This document shows, piece by piece, positions 1-11,091 of a stretch of DNA of 34,078 nucleotides. Position 1 is the stretch's first letter, and every line of letters begins with the position of its first letter. Made by a program: the position numbers and the translations under genes. The notes under the pieces were generated by a model. It was not told the origin of the DNA. It was given only the letters and a program-made list of their open reading frames with translations, and made no database searches. Origin of the DNA: Chiloscyllium plagiosum (taxonomy: Eukaryota); contig NC_057720.1 in assembly GCF_004010195.1 (NCBI RefSeq), positions 6,241,016-6,275,093 on the forward strand, written 5' to 3'.

Positions 1-110
1 AAGACAGTTCCAAAGACTTGCCACCCTCTGAGAGAAAGAAATTCCCATTTCCATGTTAAATGGGCGTTCTTTTTAAATCCTTGAACTGTGTCCCCTAGTT
101 CCAGTTTCTA
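1..110 (-). mobile_element. Degenerate CR1-like LINE 3' ORF2 fragment
   Basis: Reverse strand resembles the 'gaactaggggacacagt...ttctttctctcagagggtgg' CR1 C-terminal segment seen in other copies in this window. Confidence 0.55.
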
Positions 111-249
111 AAGGTTTGCAAAGCTGCTGAAGTCAAGAGGATGTCACTTGTTCAAGTAAAAGTCAAAGCATCTTTTGCTTCACCAGACATCAGACTGGTT
201 TTTCCACACGCCAGCAAAACCATTGGATTATCATAGAAACCCACACTTT

Positions 250-466
250 GAGGATACTGGAAATCTGAAGTAAAAAGGTGTTGGAGAAACCTGCAGGTCT
301 CGCAGCATCTGTGGAGAGAGAAGATTCAGACCGAATTGAAATGTTAAACACTAAACATTAACACTGTCTCTCTCTCCACAGGTGTTACAGTGTTAATGTT
401 TCCAGTTTAACATATAGAGTCCAGTGTGACCTGCTGAGTTTCTCCAATATTCGCTGTTTTTATTTT
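250..466. mobile_element. Palindromic non-autonomous PLE-terminal-repeat derivative (family C)
   Basis: Left arm 'ttggagaaacctgcaggtc...catctgtggagagaga' is inverted relative to right arm 'tctctctccacag...gacctgctgagtttctccaa'. The same sequence recurs at 29100-29190, where it follows a degenerate hammerhead core. Confidence 0.6.
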
Positions 467-1087
467 GACGAAAATGTGTACCTCATCAAAGACCTGAAAT
501 GTCACAAAGTTGGGCTAAAACAACAAGCAGCCTTACTTCAAAACTGTGTTTGATTTTGTGCAAAATATATCTCTCTCTTTGTAAATCTTTATATTTCAAT
601 AATTTTCTAAGAAATGAAACTGAGGGCGGGGGAGGGCAAAGAACATGGAGTCACAGTGTCGGTTCCGTAGATATTATTAAACGCAACATCAGAGATTTAG
701 CTAATTTAAATGATGTATAGTTTACTGAAAGCTCCAAGACACTGACACAGCCTGGCATTGATTGATGCTTTCTAGATTTATATTCTCTTGAAATATGGAG
801 AAACTAACTGCACTTGAAGTTATATTGCTTTATACGCTTAATGAGAGAAACTCTTGTCTTTAGTTTACCAAGCAACCATTTTGAAAAAAATCAGTAATTT
901 GAGGGACGCTGATTATTGCATTATCTTGAAGGTCCTGGAAAGTGTGACGAAGTTAAGAAATATTAGAAAGGTGGACAAGTAATCTCAAGGCTAGCTAGCA
1001 CCCATGGGTTTAAAAAAATGATGTTGGGCCAATAATTAATAGGCACGTAGACTATTTGCGGTCCCTTGAGGTAGGTCTACCATTTAT

Positions 1088-1790
1088 ACAGTCATAGAGT
1101 TATCTGGTATGGAAACAAACCCTTCAGTTCAACCTGTCCATGTCGACCAGACATCCCAAAATTACCTAGTCCCATTTGCCAGCATTTGGCCCATATCCCT
1201 CTAAACATTTCTTCTTCACATACTCATCTATATGCCTTCTAAATGTTGTAACTGTAGCAACCATACGTGGGCAACATGGTGGCTCAGTGGTTAGCACCAC
1301 TGCCTCACAGTGCCCGGGGCCCAGGCTCGATTCCGACCTCAAGCAGAGATTGCACATTCTCCCTGTGGCTGTGCGGGTTTCCTCCCACAATCCAAAGACC
1401 TGCAGGTCAGGTGAGTTGGCCGTATTAAATTGCCCATAGTGTTATGTGCATTAGTCAGGCTTAAATATAGGGTAGGGGAATGGATCTGGGTGGGTTACTC
1501 TTCGGAGAGTTGGTGTGGACTTGTTGGGCCAAGTGGCCCATTTCCACGCTGTAGGGAATTCCATCACCTCCTCTGGCAGCTCATTCCATACATGCACCAC
1601 CCTCCACATGAAGAAGTTAACTGCCAAGTCATTTTTAAGCCATTCACCTTAAACCTAAGGCATTGACATTTGGACTGGCCTACCCGAGGAAAAGGATCCC
1701 ACCTATTCATCATATCCATGCCCCTCATGATTTTAGGAAACTCTATAAGGTCACCGTTCAGCCTCTGATTCTCCAGGGAAAAAAGCCCTA
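1088..1790 (-). mobile_element. CR1/HER1-like LINE 3' end, interrupted by a SINE
   Basis: Minus-strand translation ...TFRRHIDEYVKKKCLEGYGPNAGKWD* is the CR1 ORF2 C-terminus. Homology resumes after the SINE at 1561. Confidence 0.85.
1269..1559 (+). mobile_element. HE1-like tRNA-derived SINE (V-SINE type)
   Basis: Pol III A box TGGCTCAGTGG, B-box-like GGCTCGATTCC, core 'ggtttcctcccacaatccaaaga', CR1-like 3' tail. Six similar copies occur in the window. Confidence 0.85.
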
Positions 1791-2660
1791 GCTGAGAAAC
1801 AGGAAAGGAGAGGTCACCCTGTTGGGAGTTTTCTATAGGCCTCCAAATAGTTTAAGAGATATAGAGGAAAAGATAGCAAAGATAATTATAGATAAGAGCA
1901 AGAATAACAGGGTAGTTGTTATGGGGGCCTTTAACTTTCCAAATATTGACTGGAAATACAATAGTTCAAGTATTTTAGATGGGTCAGTTTTTGTTCAATG
2001 TGTGCAGGAGGATTTCTTGACACAGTATGTCGACAGGTCAACAAGGGGCGAGGCCACATTGGATTTGGTACTGGATAATGAACCAGGCCAAGTATTAGAT
2101 TTGGAGGTAGGTGAGCACTTTGGTGATAGTGACCACAATTCAGTATGGTTTACTTGAGTGATGGAAATGGATAGATATTTAACCCAGGGCAAGAGTTATT
2201 GTTGAGGGAAAAGCAATTATGATGTGATTATGCAAGATTTAGAATGCGTAGGATTTTGAAGGAAACTGCAGGGATGGGCACAATTGAAATGTGGAGCTTA
2301 TTCAAAGAACAGCTACTGCGGGTCCTTGATAAGTATGTACCTGTCTGGCAGGGAGGAAGTGGTTGAGCAAGGGAGCAGTGGTATACTAAAGAAATTGAAT
2401 CTCTTGTCAAGAGGAAGAAGAAGGCTTATGTTAGGATGAGACAAGAAGGCTCAGGTAAAGTGCTAGAGAATTACAAGTTAGCCAGGAAAGACCGAAGGAC
2501 AGAGTTAAGAACAGCCAGGAGGGGTCATGAGAAATCATTGGCAGCTGGGATCAAGGAAAACCCTAAAACTTTCCATAGGAGATCAGGAATAACAGATTGA
2601 CTAGAGAAGGATTAGGGCCAATCAGGGATAGTAGTGGGAAGTTGTGCATGGAGTCCGAGG
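1791..2660 (+). mobile_element. CR1 ORF2 APE endonuclease region, decayed
   Basis: GVFYRPPN...VVVMGAFNFPNIDW (GDFN motif, mutated)...TRGEATLDLVL...GDSDHN, followed by stop codons. Confidence 0.9.
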
Positions 2661-4372
2661 ACAAAATAGTGATGGAAAAGGATAGACCAGACCTAAAAGT
2701 TGAAGTTCTAAATTGGAGTTCTAATTTTGACGGTATTAGGCAAGAACTTTCAAAAGCTGATTGGGTGCAGATGTTCGCAGGTAAAGCAGGAGAGCAAAAA
2801 GGGGACATGAGATAGCTTTGGCAAATAGGGTTAAGGAGAATCCAAAGGGTTTTACAAATACATGAAGGATAAAAGGGTAACTAGGGAGTGAATAGGGCCC
2901 CTCAAAGATCAGCAAGGCGGCCTTTGTGTGGAACTGGAAGAAATGGGGGAGATACTAAACGAGTATTTTGCATAAGTGTTTACTGTGGAAAAAGACATGG
3001 AAGATATAGAATGTAGAGAAATAGATTAGATTCCCTACAGTGTAGAAACAGGCCCTTTGGCCCAACAAGTCCACACCAACCCTCGGAAGAGCACCCCACC
3101 CAGACCCATTTCCTTCTGACCAATGCACCTAACACTATGGGCAATTTAGCATGGCCAATTCACCTAACCTGCACATTTTTGGATTGTGGGAGGAAACCAG
3201 AATTCCCGGAGGAAAGCCACGCAGCCACAGGGAGAACGTGCAAGCTCCACACAGACAGTCACCTGAGGCTGGAATCGAACCTGGGACCCTAATACTGTGA
3301 GGCAGCAGTGCTAACCACTGAGCCACCGTGCTACCCCAGCATCTTGTAAAATGTCCACATTACAGAGGAGGAAGTGCTGGATGTCTTGAAATGCATAAGG
3401 TGGATAAATCCCCAGGACCTGATCAGGTGTACCCGAGAACTCTGTGGGAAGCTAGGGAAGTGATTGCTGGACCTCTTGCTGAGATATTTGTATCATCAAT
3501 AGTCACAGGTCAGGTGCCGGTAGACTGGGGGTTGGTAGACGTCATGCCACTGTTTAAGAAGGGTAGTAAAGACAAGCCAGGGAACTATAGACCGGTGAGC
3601 CTTACGTCGGTAGTGGGCAAGTTGTTGGAGGGAATCCTGAGGGACAGGATTTACATGTATTTGGAAAGGCAAGGACTGATTAGGGATCATCAACATGGCT
3701 TTGTGCATGTGAGATCCTTGAAAATAGAGTCACAGGTAGATAGGATTGTAAAGAAGGCATTTGGTATGCTTTTTTTTATTGGTCAGAACACTGAGTATAG
3801 AAGTTGGGAGGTCATGTTGCGGCAGTGCAGGACGTTGATTGGTTAGGTCATTTTGGAATATTGCGTGCAATTCTGGTCTCCTTCCTATCAGAAGGATGTT
3901 GTGAAACTTGAAAAGGTTCAGAAAAGATTTACAAGGATGTTGCCAGGGTTTGAGGATTTGAGCTCTCAGGAGAAGCTGAATAGGCTGGGGCTGTTTAACC
4001 TGGAGCGTCGGAGGCTGAGGGGTGACGTTAAAGAAGTTTATAAAATCATGTGGGGCATGGATAGGGTAAATAGACTCCCTGGGGTGGGGAATTCCAGAAC
4101 CAGAGGGCATAGGTTTAGGGTGAGAGGGGAAAGATATAAAAGAGACCTAAGGGGCAACTTTTTCACACAGAGTGTGGTGTGTGTGTGGAATGAGCTGCCA
4201 GAGGAAGTGGTGGAGGCTGGTACAATGACAACATTTAAAAGGCATCTGGATGGGGACAGGAATAGGAAGGGTTTGGAGGGATATGGGCCAAGTGCTAGCA
4301 ATTGGGACTAGTTTAGGTCTGGTCGGCATGGACGGGTTGGGCCGAAGGGTCTGTTTCCGTGCTATATCTCTC
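2661..4372 (+). mobile_element. Internally deleted CR1 LINE (ORF2 pieces and 3' UTR), interrupted by a SINE
   Basis: KSPGPDQVYPRTL...GNYRPVSLTSVVGKLLE...QHGFV jumps directly to ..VKKAFGML..LEYCVQFWSP..RRRLRGD..WNELPEEVVEAG. The RT core (PQG/FADD) is missing at ~3710. Confidence 0.9.
3022..3336 (-). mobile_element. HE1-like tRNA-derived SINE
   Basis: Reverse strand has A box TGGCTCAGTGG, B box GGTTCGATTCC and an (AATCT)n tail. Confidence 0.9.
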
Positions 4373-4442
4373 TAAATGGGACTAGCTCAGTTTAGGATAT
4401 TGGGACAGCATGGGGGAGTTTGGCTGAAGGGTCCGTTTCCTG
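4373..4442 (+). mobile_element. Short CR1 3'-UTR fragment
   Basis: 'aaatgggactag...ggctgaagggtccgtttcc' repeats the preceding CR1 tail. Confidence 0.6.
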
Positions 4443-4467
4443 GCTGCCCAACCCTGTCCGTCATTCA

Positions 4468-4520
4468 CCTCTGAGGAAGGGTCACCGGACCCAAAACGTT
4501 ACCCCCTGCCTTTCTCTCCA
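4468..4520 (+). ncRNA. Inactivated minimal hammerhead motif in a PLE family C fragment
   Basis: CTGAGGA-A-GGGTC-accg-GACCC-AAAA-CGTT. Stem II is a perfect 5 bp, but the conserved GAAA is AAAA at 4493. Confidence 0.6.
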
Positions 4521-4717
4521 GGCTTGCTCCTGTACCCCCACCTTCTGAGGTTCTCCCAGAAATTCCTGGGTTTTTTGTGTCACAACTCTTGTCCAATTCT
4601 AGGCTGGTGTCACTGATAGTATTGAAGCACTTGTCCCTTTTACTCCCCACGGGACAATGACTGGGAGTGGGGACATGAAAGCCACAGGACTGGAGTTGGT
4701 TGTCACACACACAGACA

Positions 4718-4837
4718 GGGATATGGGCCAAGTGCTGGCAAATGGGACTAGATTAGATTGGCATATTTGGTAGTCACGGATGAGTTAGACTGAAGGGTCT
4801 GCTTCCATGCTGTGCATCTCTATGTTTCCATGACTCT
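4718..4837 (+). mobile_element. Short CR1 3'-end fragment
   Basis: 'gggatatgggccaagtgctggcaaatgggactag...gaagggtctgcttccatgctgtgcatctctatg'. Confidence 0.8.
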
Positions 4838-5926
4838 AGATACAGGAAACATTAAATGAATATTTTTCATCAGTATTCACACTGGGAAAAGACAATGTTG
4901 TCGAGGACAATACTGAGATACAAGCTACTAGACTAGATGGGATTGAGGTTCACAAGGAGGAGGTGTTAGCATTTCTGGAGAGTGCGAAAATAGGTAAGTC
5001 CCCTGGGCCAGATGGGATTTATCCTAGGATTCTCTGGGAAACCAGGGAGGAGATTGCCGAGCCTTTGGCTTTGAACTTTATGTCAACATTGTCTACAGGA
5101 ATAGTGCCAGAAGACTGGAGGATAGCAAATGTTGTTCCTTGTTCAAGAAGGGGAGTAGAGACAACCCTGGTGATTATAGACCAGTGAGCCTTACTTCGGT
5201 TGTGGGTAAAGTGTTGGAAAAGATTATAAGAGATAAGATTTCTAATCATCTAAAGAGGAATAAGTTGATTAGGAATAGTCAACACAGTTTTGCGAAGGGT
5301 AAGTTGTTCCTCACAAATCTTATTGAGTTCTTTGAGAAGGTGACCAAACAGGTGGATGAGGGTAAAGTGGTTGATGTAGTGTATATGGAATTCAGTAAAG
5401 CATTTGATAAGGTTCCCCATGGTAGGCTATTGCACAAATTATGGATACATGGGATTGAGTGTGATTTAGCGGTTTGGAACAGAAATTGGCTAGCTGAAAG
5501 AAGATAGAGGGTGATGGTTGATAGGAAATGTTCATCCTGGAGTTCAGTTATTAGTGGTGTACTGCAAGGATCTGTCTTGGGGACACTGCTGTTTATCATT
5601 TTTATTAATGACCTAGATGAGGATGTGGAAGGATGGGTTAGTAAATTTACTGAAGACACTGAGGTTGATGGAGTTGTGGACAGAGCTGGCCTGAGAGGTG
5701 GCAAATTGAGTTTAATGTGGAAAAATGTGAGGTGATTCACTTTGAAAGGAGCAACAGGAATACAGAGTACTGGGCTAATGGTACCACCTGATGAAGGAGT
5801 GACGCTCCGAAAGCTAGTGTGCTTCCAATTAAACCTGTTGGACTATAACCTGGTGTTGTGTGATTTTTAACTTGGTAAGGTTCTTGATAGTGTAGATGAG
5901 CAAAGAGATCTCGGTATCACAGTCCA
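4838..5926 (+). mobile_element. CR1 ORF2 reverse transcriptase fragment, decayed, with a hammerhead insert at 5784-5872
   Basis: KSPGPDGIYPRIL, DYRPVSLTSVVGKVLE, VDVVYMEFSKAFDKVPH, SGVLQGSVLGTLLF, VSKFTEDT (FADD remnant). Frameshifts and stops present. Confidence 0.92.
5784..5872 (+). mobile_element. 89-bp hammerhead-bearing PLE-derived insertion (family A)
   Basis: cac-CTGATGA-A-GGAG-tgacg-CTCC-GAAA-GCTA-gtg. Flanked by 'tggta' at 5779-5783 and 5873-5877. Two differences from the reverse complement of 12853-12940. Confidence 0.85.
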
Positions 5927-6112
5927 TTTTTATAAGGATGGTCTGAGCATGTGGACTGAACATGCTGTCACTTTAGAAGGAAGGGCAGAAATGTTATTGC
6001 AAAGAGTGACTGCAGGTTGGCACCTTTGCTTTTTTAAAATTTTTTTGCAGATTGAGTGCATTGCTGGGCCAGTATTTATTGTCTATCCCCAATTGTCCAG
6101 AGGACAGTTAAA

Positions 6113-7950
6113 GAACAAAAGAACTAAAGAGAAGTAAAGCACAAGAACAGGCCCTTCAACCCTTCCAGTCTCTGCCAATCATCATGTCCCAACTAAATGA
6201 TAAAACAATCCTCCCTCCCCCTTATTCGGTCTGTATCCCTCTATTCCTTGTAATCATCCAAATGCCTCTTAAATGTCTCCAACGTCTTCTGGCAGTGCAT
6301 TTCAGGCTCCTAACGCTCTGAATGAAAAACCTCCCTCACATATCTCCCTTAAACATTCCCCTTTCACCTCAAAACAGTGCCTCCTTGTAATTGAAACTGA
6401 AACCTGGGAAAAAGCCTCTGACTATCCATCCTATAGTTGTGCAGACCTCTGTCAGGTCAGCTGCTGTTTTCCCAGCGAAAACAATCCTAGTATTTCTAAC
6501 CTTCCTCATAATCAATGCCCTTGAGACCAGGCAACATCATGGTGAACCTTCTCTGCACTCTCTCCAAAGTTTCCATCTCCTTCTGATCAAAACTGCACAC
6601 AGTACTCCAAATGCGGCCTGACAAGGGTTTTAAACAGATGCAACATGGTTTGCCACCTCTTGTACTCCATGCCCTGGCTGATGAAGGTCAGTATGTCAAA
6701 TGCCTTAATCACCTTGGCCACCTGTGTCGCCACTTTTAGGGAACTGTGGATCTGCACGCCCAGATCCATCTGTACGTTAATCTTCCTAAGGGTTCTGCCA
6801 TTTACAGTACAATTCACACTGAAATTTGATCCTTCAAAATGCATCACTTGGTATTTGTCTGGATTAAACTCCGTCTGCCATTTCTACGCCCAAGTCGCCA
6901 ATCTATCTATATCCTGGTGTATCCTTTCAAAATCATCGGTACTATCAGTAACTCCTTCAGTCTTCACATCGTCTGCAAACTTACTAACCAGTCCACCCAC
7001 ATTTTCCTCCAGATCATCTATAATTGCTACAAACAACAGAGGACCTAAGATTGATCCCTGTGGAACACCACTAGATGCCGGTCTCCATTCTGAAAAACAC
7101 CCTTCCACCGCTATCCTGTGCCTTCTATGACCAAGCCAGCCCTGTATTCCTGTGGCCAAACCCACCATGAATCCCATGTGACTTTAGCTTTTGTACCAAT
7201 CTGCCATGTGGGACTTAATCAAATGCCTTATGAAAATCCGCATAAACTACACCCACAGCTCTTCCCTCATCAATTATCTTTGTCACCTCTTCAAAAAATT
7301 CAATCAGGTTGGTGAGACATGCCCTTTTCTGTATAAAACTCTGCTGCCTGTCATTAATTAGTCCATTTTCTTCCAAATGTGCATATATCTTGTCCCTCAG
7401 TATCTTCTGCAAGAGCTTCCCCACCGCAGATGTCAGGCTCACCAGCCTTTAATTTCCTGAATAATCACTGCTTCCTTTTTTAGGAAGTGAACAACATTGG
7501 CTAATCTCCAGTCCTCTGGAACCTCACCAATGGTCAGAAACGATGTGACGATATCTGCTAATGCCCCAGCTATTGCTTCCCTTGCCTCTCACAGAAACCT
7601 GGAATACATCCCATCTGGCCCTGGGGACTTGTCTACCATAATGCAATTTAGGATACCCCAAATTTCCTCCTTCAATATATTGACATTCTCTAGAGTATTC
7701 ACACACTCATCCCTGATCTCAGCATCAGTTATGTCCTTCTCCTCAGTGAATATTGATACGAAGTACTCATTAAGGATCTCTCCCACTTCCTGTGGCATAA
7801 CTTCCCTCCTTTGTCATTGAGTCAGCCTATTCTTGCCCTTGCTACCTTCTTTCTACTAAAATATGCATAAAAAGCCTTGGGATTCTCCTTGATCCTGTTT
7901 GCTAAAGACATTTCAATGCCCCCTTTTAGCCTTTCTAATTCCACGTTTAA
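6113..7950 (-). mobile_element. CR1 LINE ORF2 (RT) plus 3' UTR, decayed
   Basis: Minus ORFs: DKSPGPDGMYSRFL, VYADFHKAFD, SGVPQGSILGPLLF..VSKFADD, LVRPHLEYCVQF. TTCTTT-type tail near 6113. Confidence 0.92.
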
Positions 7951-8144
7951 GTTCCATTATTGTGGGCCTGGAGCCACATATAGGCCAGATGGGTAAGAAT
8001 GGCTGTTTCCTTCCTGAAAGGACATTAGTGAACCAGCTGCATTTTTCCCGCTGATAATGAACTCATGGTCATCAGTTAACTCTTGATTTCAGGTTTTTAT
8101 TGAATTCAAATTCCACCATCTTCCATGCGCAGGCTTCAAATCTA

Positions 8145-8467
8145 GGTCACGGTGGCACAGTGGTTAGCACTGCTACCTCACAGCGCCAGAGACCCGGGTT
8201 CAATTCCTGCCTCGGGTAACTGTCTGTGTGGAGTTTGCACATTCTCCCCGTGTCTGTGTGGGCCCCCTCTGGGTGCTCCAGATTCCTCCCACAGTCCAAA
8301 GATGTGCAGGTTAGGTGAATTGGCCATGCTAAATTGCCCGTAGTGTTAGGTGAAGGGGTAAAATGTAGGGGAATGGGTCTGGGTGGGTTGCTTTTCGGCG
8401 GGTCAGTATCGACCTGTTGGGCTGAAGGGCCTGTTTCCACACTGTAAATAATCTCATCTAAAAAAAA
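8145..8467 (+). mobile_element. HE1-like tRNA-derived SINE
   Basis: A box TGGCACAGTGG, B box GGTTCAATTCC, tail 'aatctcatctaaaaaaaa'. Confidence 0.9.
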
Positions 8468-8989
8468 TTACCTGGGTCTGTGGATTAATCGTCTCGTGGT
8501 AATCTCGCTAGGCCATTACCTCCTCTTTATTCAAGACTGCAGTCACCAGGAACTGACTGCTCACTGGGTGATTTTATGTCCATGGAATGTATTTGCAGGC
8601 TAGTCTTCTATAATGGTAAGTGGGATGTTTACCAGGTATAGCAAAGATGTTTAGGCCTTACATGTTGTCTTGTGGGCCTGGGTGTCCCATTTAGGAATTA
8701 ACCTATGGCAGAGGATGTCTTAGACAGTATCACTTCTGCCATGGCCCTGGTGCGTTTTGTAACACGATTGTCCACTCTTCAGTTCATTTTGTATGCAAAC
8801 AATCTCGATGTAGAGTTAAGTGGTCAAGTGTAGCGGAGCACTCAAGCCCCATGATGGGACCATGCATCAGTTTTGAACCAACTCACTCAGTACTAGGTTG
8901 AACAAGGCTGAGCCTGTGATTTTAACATATGTACATACCAGGAGTTGTAATCGACATCTGTTAAATCTTTCAGGTACTGTGTTACCCAT

Positions 8990-9680
8990 GAATATGACAG
9001 GAGATAAATATAATCAAACAGTGTCAGCTTGGCTTCATGAAAGGGAAATCATGCCTGACAAATTCCAGTGGCCACCTGACAGAAATTCCTTTCTAATCCC
9101 ACAAACCTCAGAAAGCCCGACTGTCTGCTCAATAGTTCCGGCATAAATTATTCTAATTTTCCACTGAGGTAAGTAAATGCTGAGAGGATGTTTCCCCGCA
9201 CGCAGGAATCCAGAACTAAGCGGCACAATTTAAAAATAAAATGGAAATGAGGGATTCTTCTCTCTGAGGGTCAGTCTTTCAAATTCTGTTCCACAGGGAG
9301 CAGCCTTTGATTAAAATGAGGCTGAGCTTCGACTAATCTTTGACCAATTGGGGTGAAGGGTTATGGCAGAACAAGCAAAAAAAAGGAGTTAAAGCCACAG
9401 TCAAAGAATAAAAGTAACATCCCAGTAATGGCTATAAATCAGGAAATGGAAGGAAGAGAGGAATTACCAGGGCAGTGGCAGAGAGTAAATTGTTGGAACA
9501 ATGGAACAATGATGGACCTCATCCAAGTGTCCTTGGAGAACTGCTCTTGTGATAGTTCATACATTAGTTTTAATTTTAAATCAATCAACCCATATTAAAT
9601 TAGATCAGCCGCATTGACATTGAATGACAGAACAGGCACAAGGAACTGAATTCCATATTTCAGCTCCTTGTCCTTATTTT
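8990..9680 (+). mobile_element. Old, highly degenerate CR1 fragments
   Basis: 'gaggatgtttcccc...gaatccagaacta..gcacaatttaaaaataa', 'ttcttctctctgagggtc' and 'agatcagcc...attgaatgacagaacagg' resemble the CR1 3' end at 20070-20447. Confidence 0.55.
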
Positions 9681-9834
9681 ATCATATCATTTTTTAAAGT
9701 TTCCTAGATTTGGGAAATGCTTCCAGATCAGAAAATATTGAAGGTAACTCTTCCATTCAAAAAGTAGGAAAGACAGAAAACTGGGTTAATGTCTGTCAAA
9801 GTGAAGATATTAGAAATTGTTATTAAAAAGAATA

Positions 9835-9970
9835 ATTCCTGATTCCTGAAGAAGGGCTAATGCCCAAAACGTCGATTCTCCTGTTCCCTAGATGCTGCCT
9901 GACCTGCTGCGCTTTTCCAGCAACACATTTCCATCTCTGATCTCCAGCATCTGCAGACCTCACTTTCTCC
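9835..9970 (+). mobile_element. 136-bp PLE terminal fragment (family B) with mutated hammerhead and 13-bp TSD
   Basis: TSD 'attaaaaagaata' at 9822-9834 and 9971-9983. gattc-CTGAAGA-A-GGGC-taat-GCCC-AAAA-CGTC-gattc. Homologous to the end of the RT-bearing PLE at 15936-16097. Confidence 0.85.
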
Positions 9971-10375
9971 ATTAAAAAGAATATGGCAGGTCACTTAGAT
10001 AAGTTAGATAATCAGATAGAGTCAACATGGTTTTGCGGAGAACAAATCCTATCCAACCAAATTATTAGAGTTCTTCAAAGAGGTAACATGTTGCTGTGGA
10101 TAATGTGGAGCTGATGGAGGTTTCGTGTTTAGATTTCAAAAAGGTGCCACTCAAAGGTGATAATGGATAAATTTCATGGAACAAGTGGTAACATAATAGC
10201 ATTGGTACAAGTTTGGTGATCTAACAGGAAACAGAGAATAGATATAAATTGATTTTTTTCAGGTTAGCAAGATCTACTGAGTGATATGCCACAAAAACAG
10301 TGCTGGTACCGCAACTTTTAGATGTTTGTATAAATGGGATGAATGAAGGACTGAATGAATGGTTTGTTGATGACA

Positions 10376-11088
10376 TTTGATTTGATTTATTATTGGCACA
10401 TGTTCCAAGATACAGTGAAAAGTATTGCTTTGTTTGTTAACCAGACCAATCATACCTTGCCTAAGTACATCAGGGTAATAGAACAGAATGCAGAATTTGA
10501 TGTTAGAGCTACAAGGAAGGTGCAGAGATGAACTCTAATATATGAGAGGTCCATTCATAAGTCTGATTATAACAGGGAAGAAGCTGTTTTTAAATCTGTT
10601 GGTGCGCAATTTCAACTTTCTGCCCAATGGAAGAAGGTGGGAGAAAGTATAACCGGGGTGGGAGGGGTCTTTGACGATGTTGGCTGCTTTCCCAAGGCAG
10701 CAGGAAGTGTAGACGGAGTCAATGGATGGAAAGCTGGTTTTTGTGATGGACTGCGCTGCGTTCACAACTCTCTGTAATTTCCTGTGGTCTTAGGAAGAGC
10801 AGTTGCCGTCCCACTCTGTGATGCATCTGGATCGGATGCTTTCTACGGTGTATCTATAAAAATTATTAGCAGTCATTGTGGAAAAGCTGTATTTCCTTAC
10901 CCTTCTGAGGAAGTCGAGGCATTGGTCTGCTTTCTTGACTGCAGCATCTCCTTGGATGGACCGGGACAGATTATATACTCCGAGGAACTTGAAAGCCTTG
11001 ACCACCTCCACCTCAGCACCACTGTTACAGACCGGGGCGGGGGGGGGGTGTCTCCATTCCATTTTCAAAGGTGATAACCAACTCCTTT
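10376..11088 (-). mobile_element. Rex1/Babar-like LINE, 3' half
   Basis: VEVVKAFKFLGV..AVKKADQCLDFLRRVRK..FYRYTVES and KAANIVKDPSHPG..LLPLGR..RTNRFKNSFFP. 3' tail 'aataaatcaaatcaaat'. Confidence 0.8.
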
Positions 11089-11091
11089 ATT

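Larger units (their letters stand above)
6030..8524 (-). mobile_element. Second tRNA-derived SINE family, split into three pieces (6030-6112, 7953-8144, 8468-8524) by a CR1 and an HE1-like SINE
   Basis: The pieces are collinear with the copy at 20651-21131 ('aaggacattagtgaaccag', 'caggtttttattgaattcaaattcca', 'ctgggtct.tggattaa...aggccatt.cctcc'). Confidence 0.75.

Noticed and set aside
6273..7820. Plus-strand ORFs over the minus-strand CR1, and similar antisense ORFs elsewhere
   Set aside because: They are antisense shadows of LINE coding sequence.
8145..8215. tRNA gene (also the other A/B-box heads)
   Set aside because: These are SINE heads continuing into a shared SINE body and tail, and I see no complete cloverleaf.
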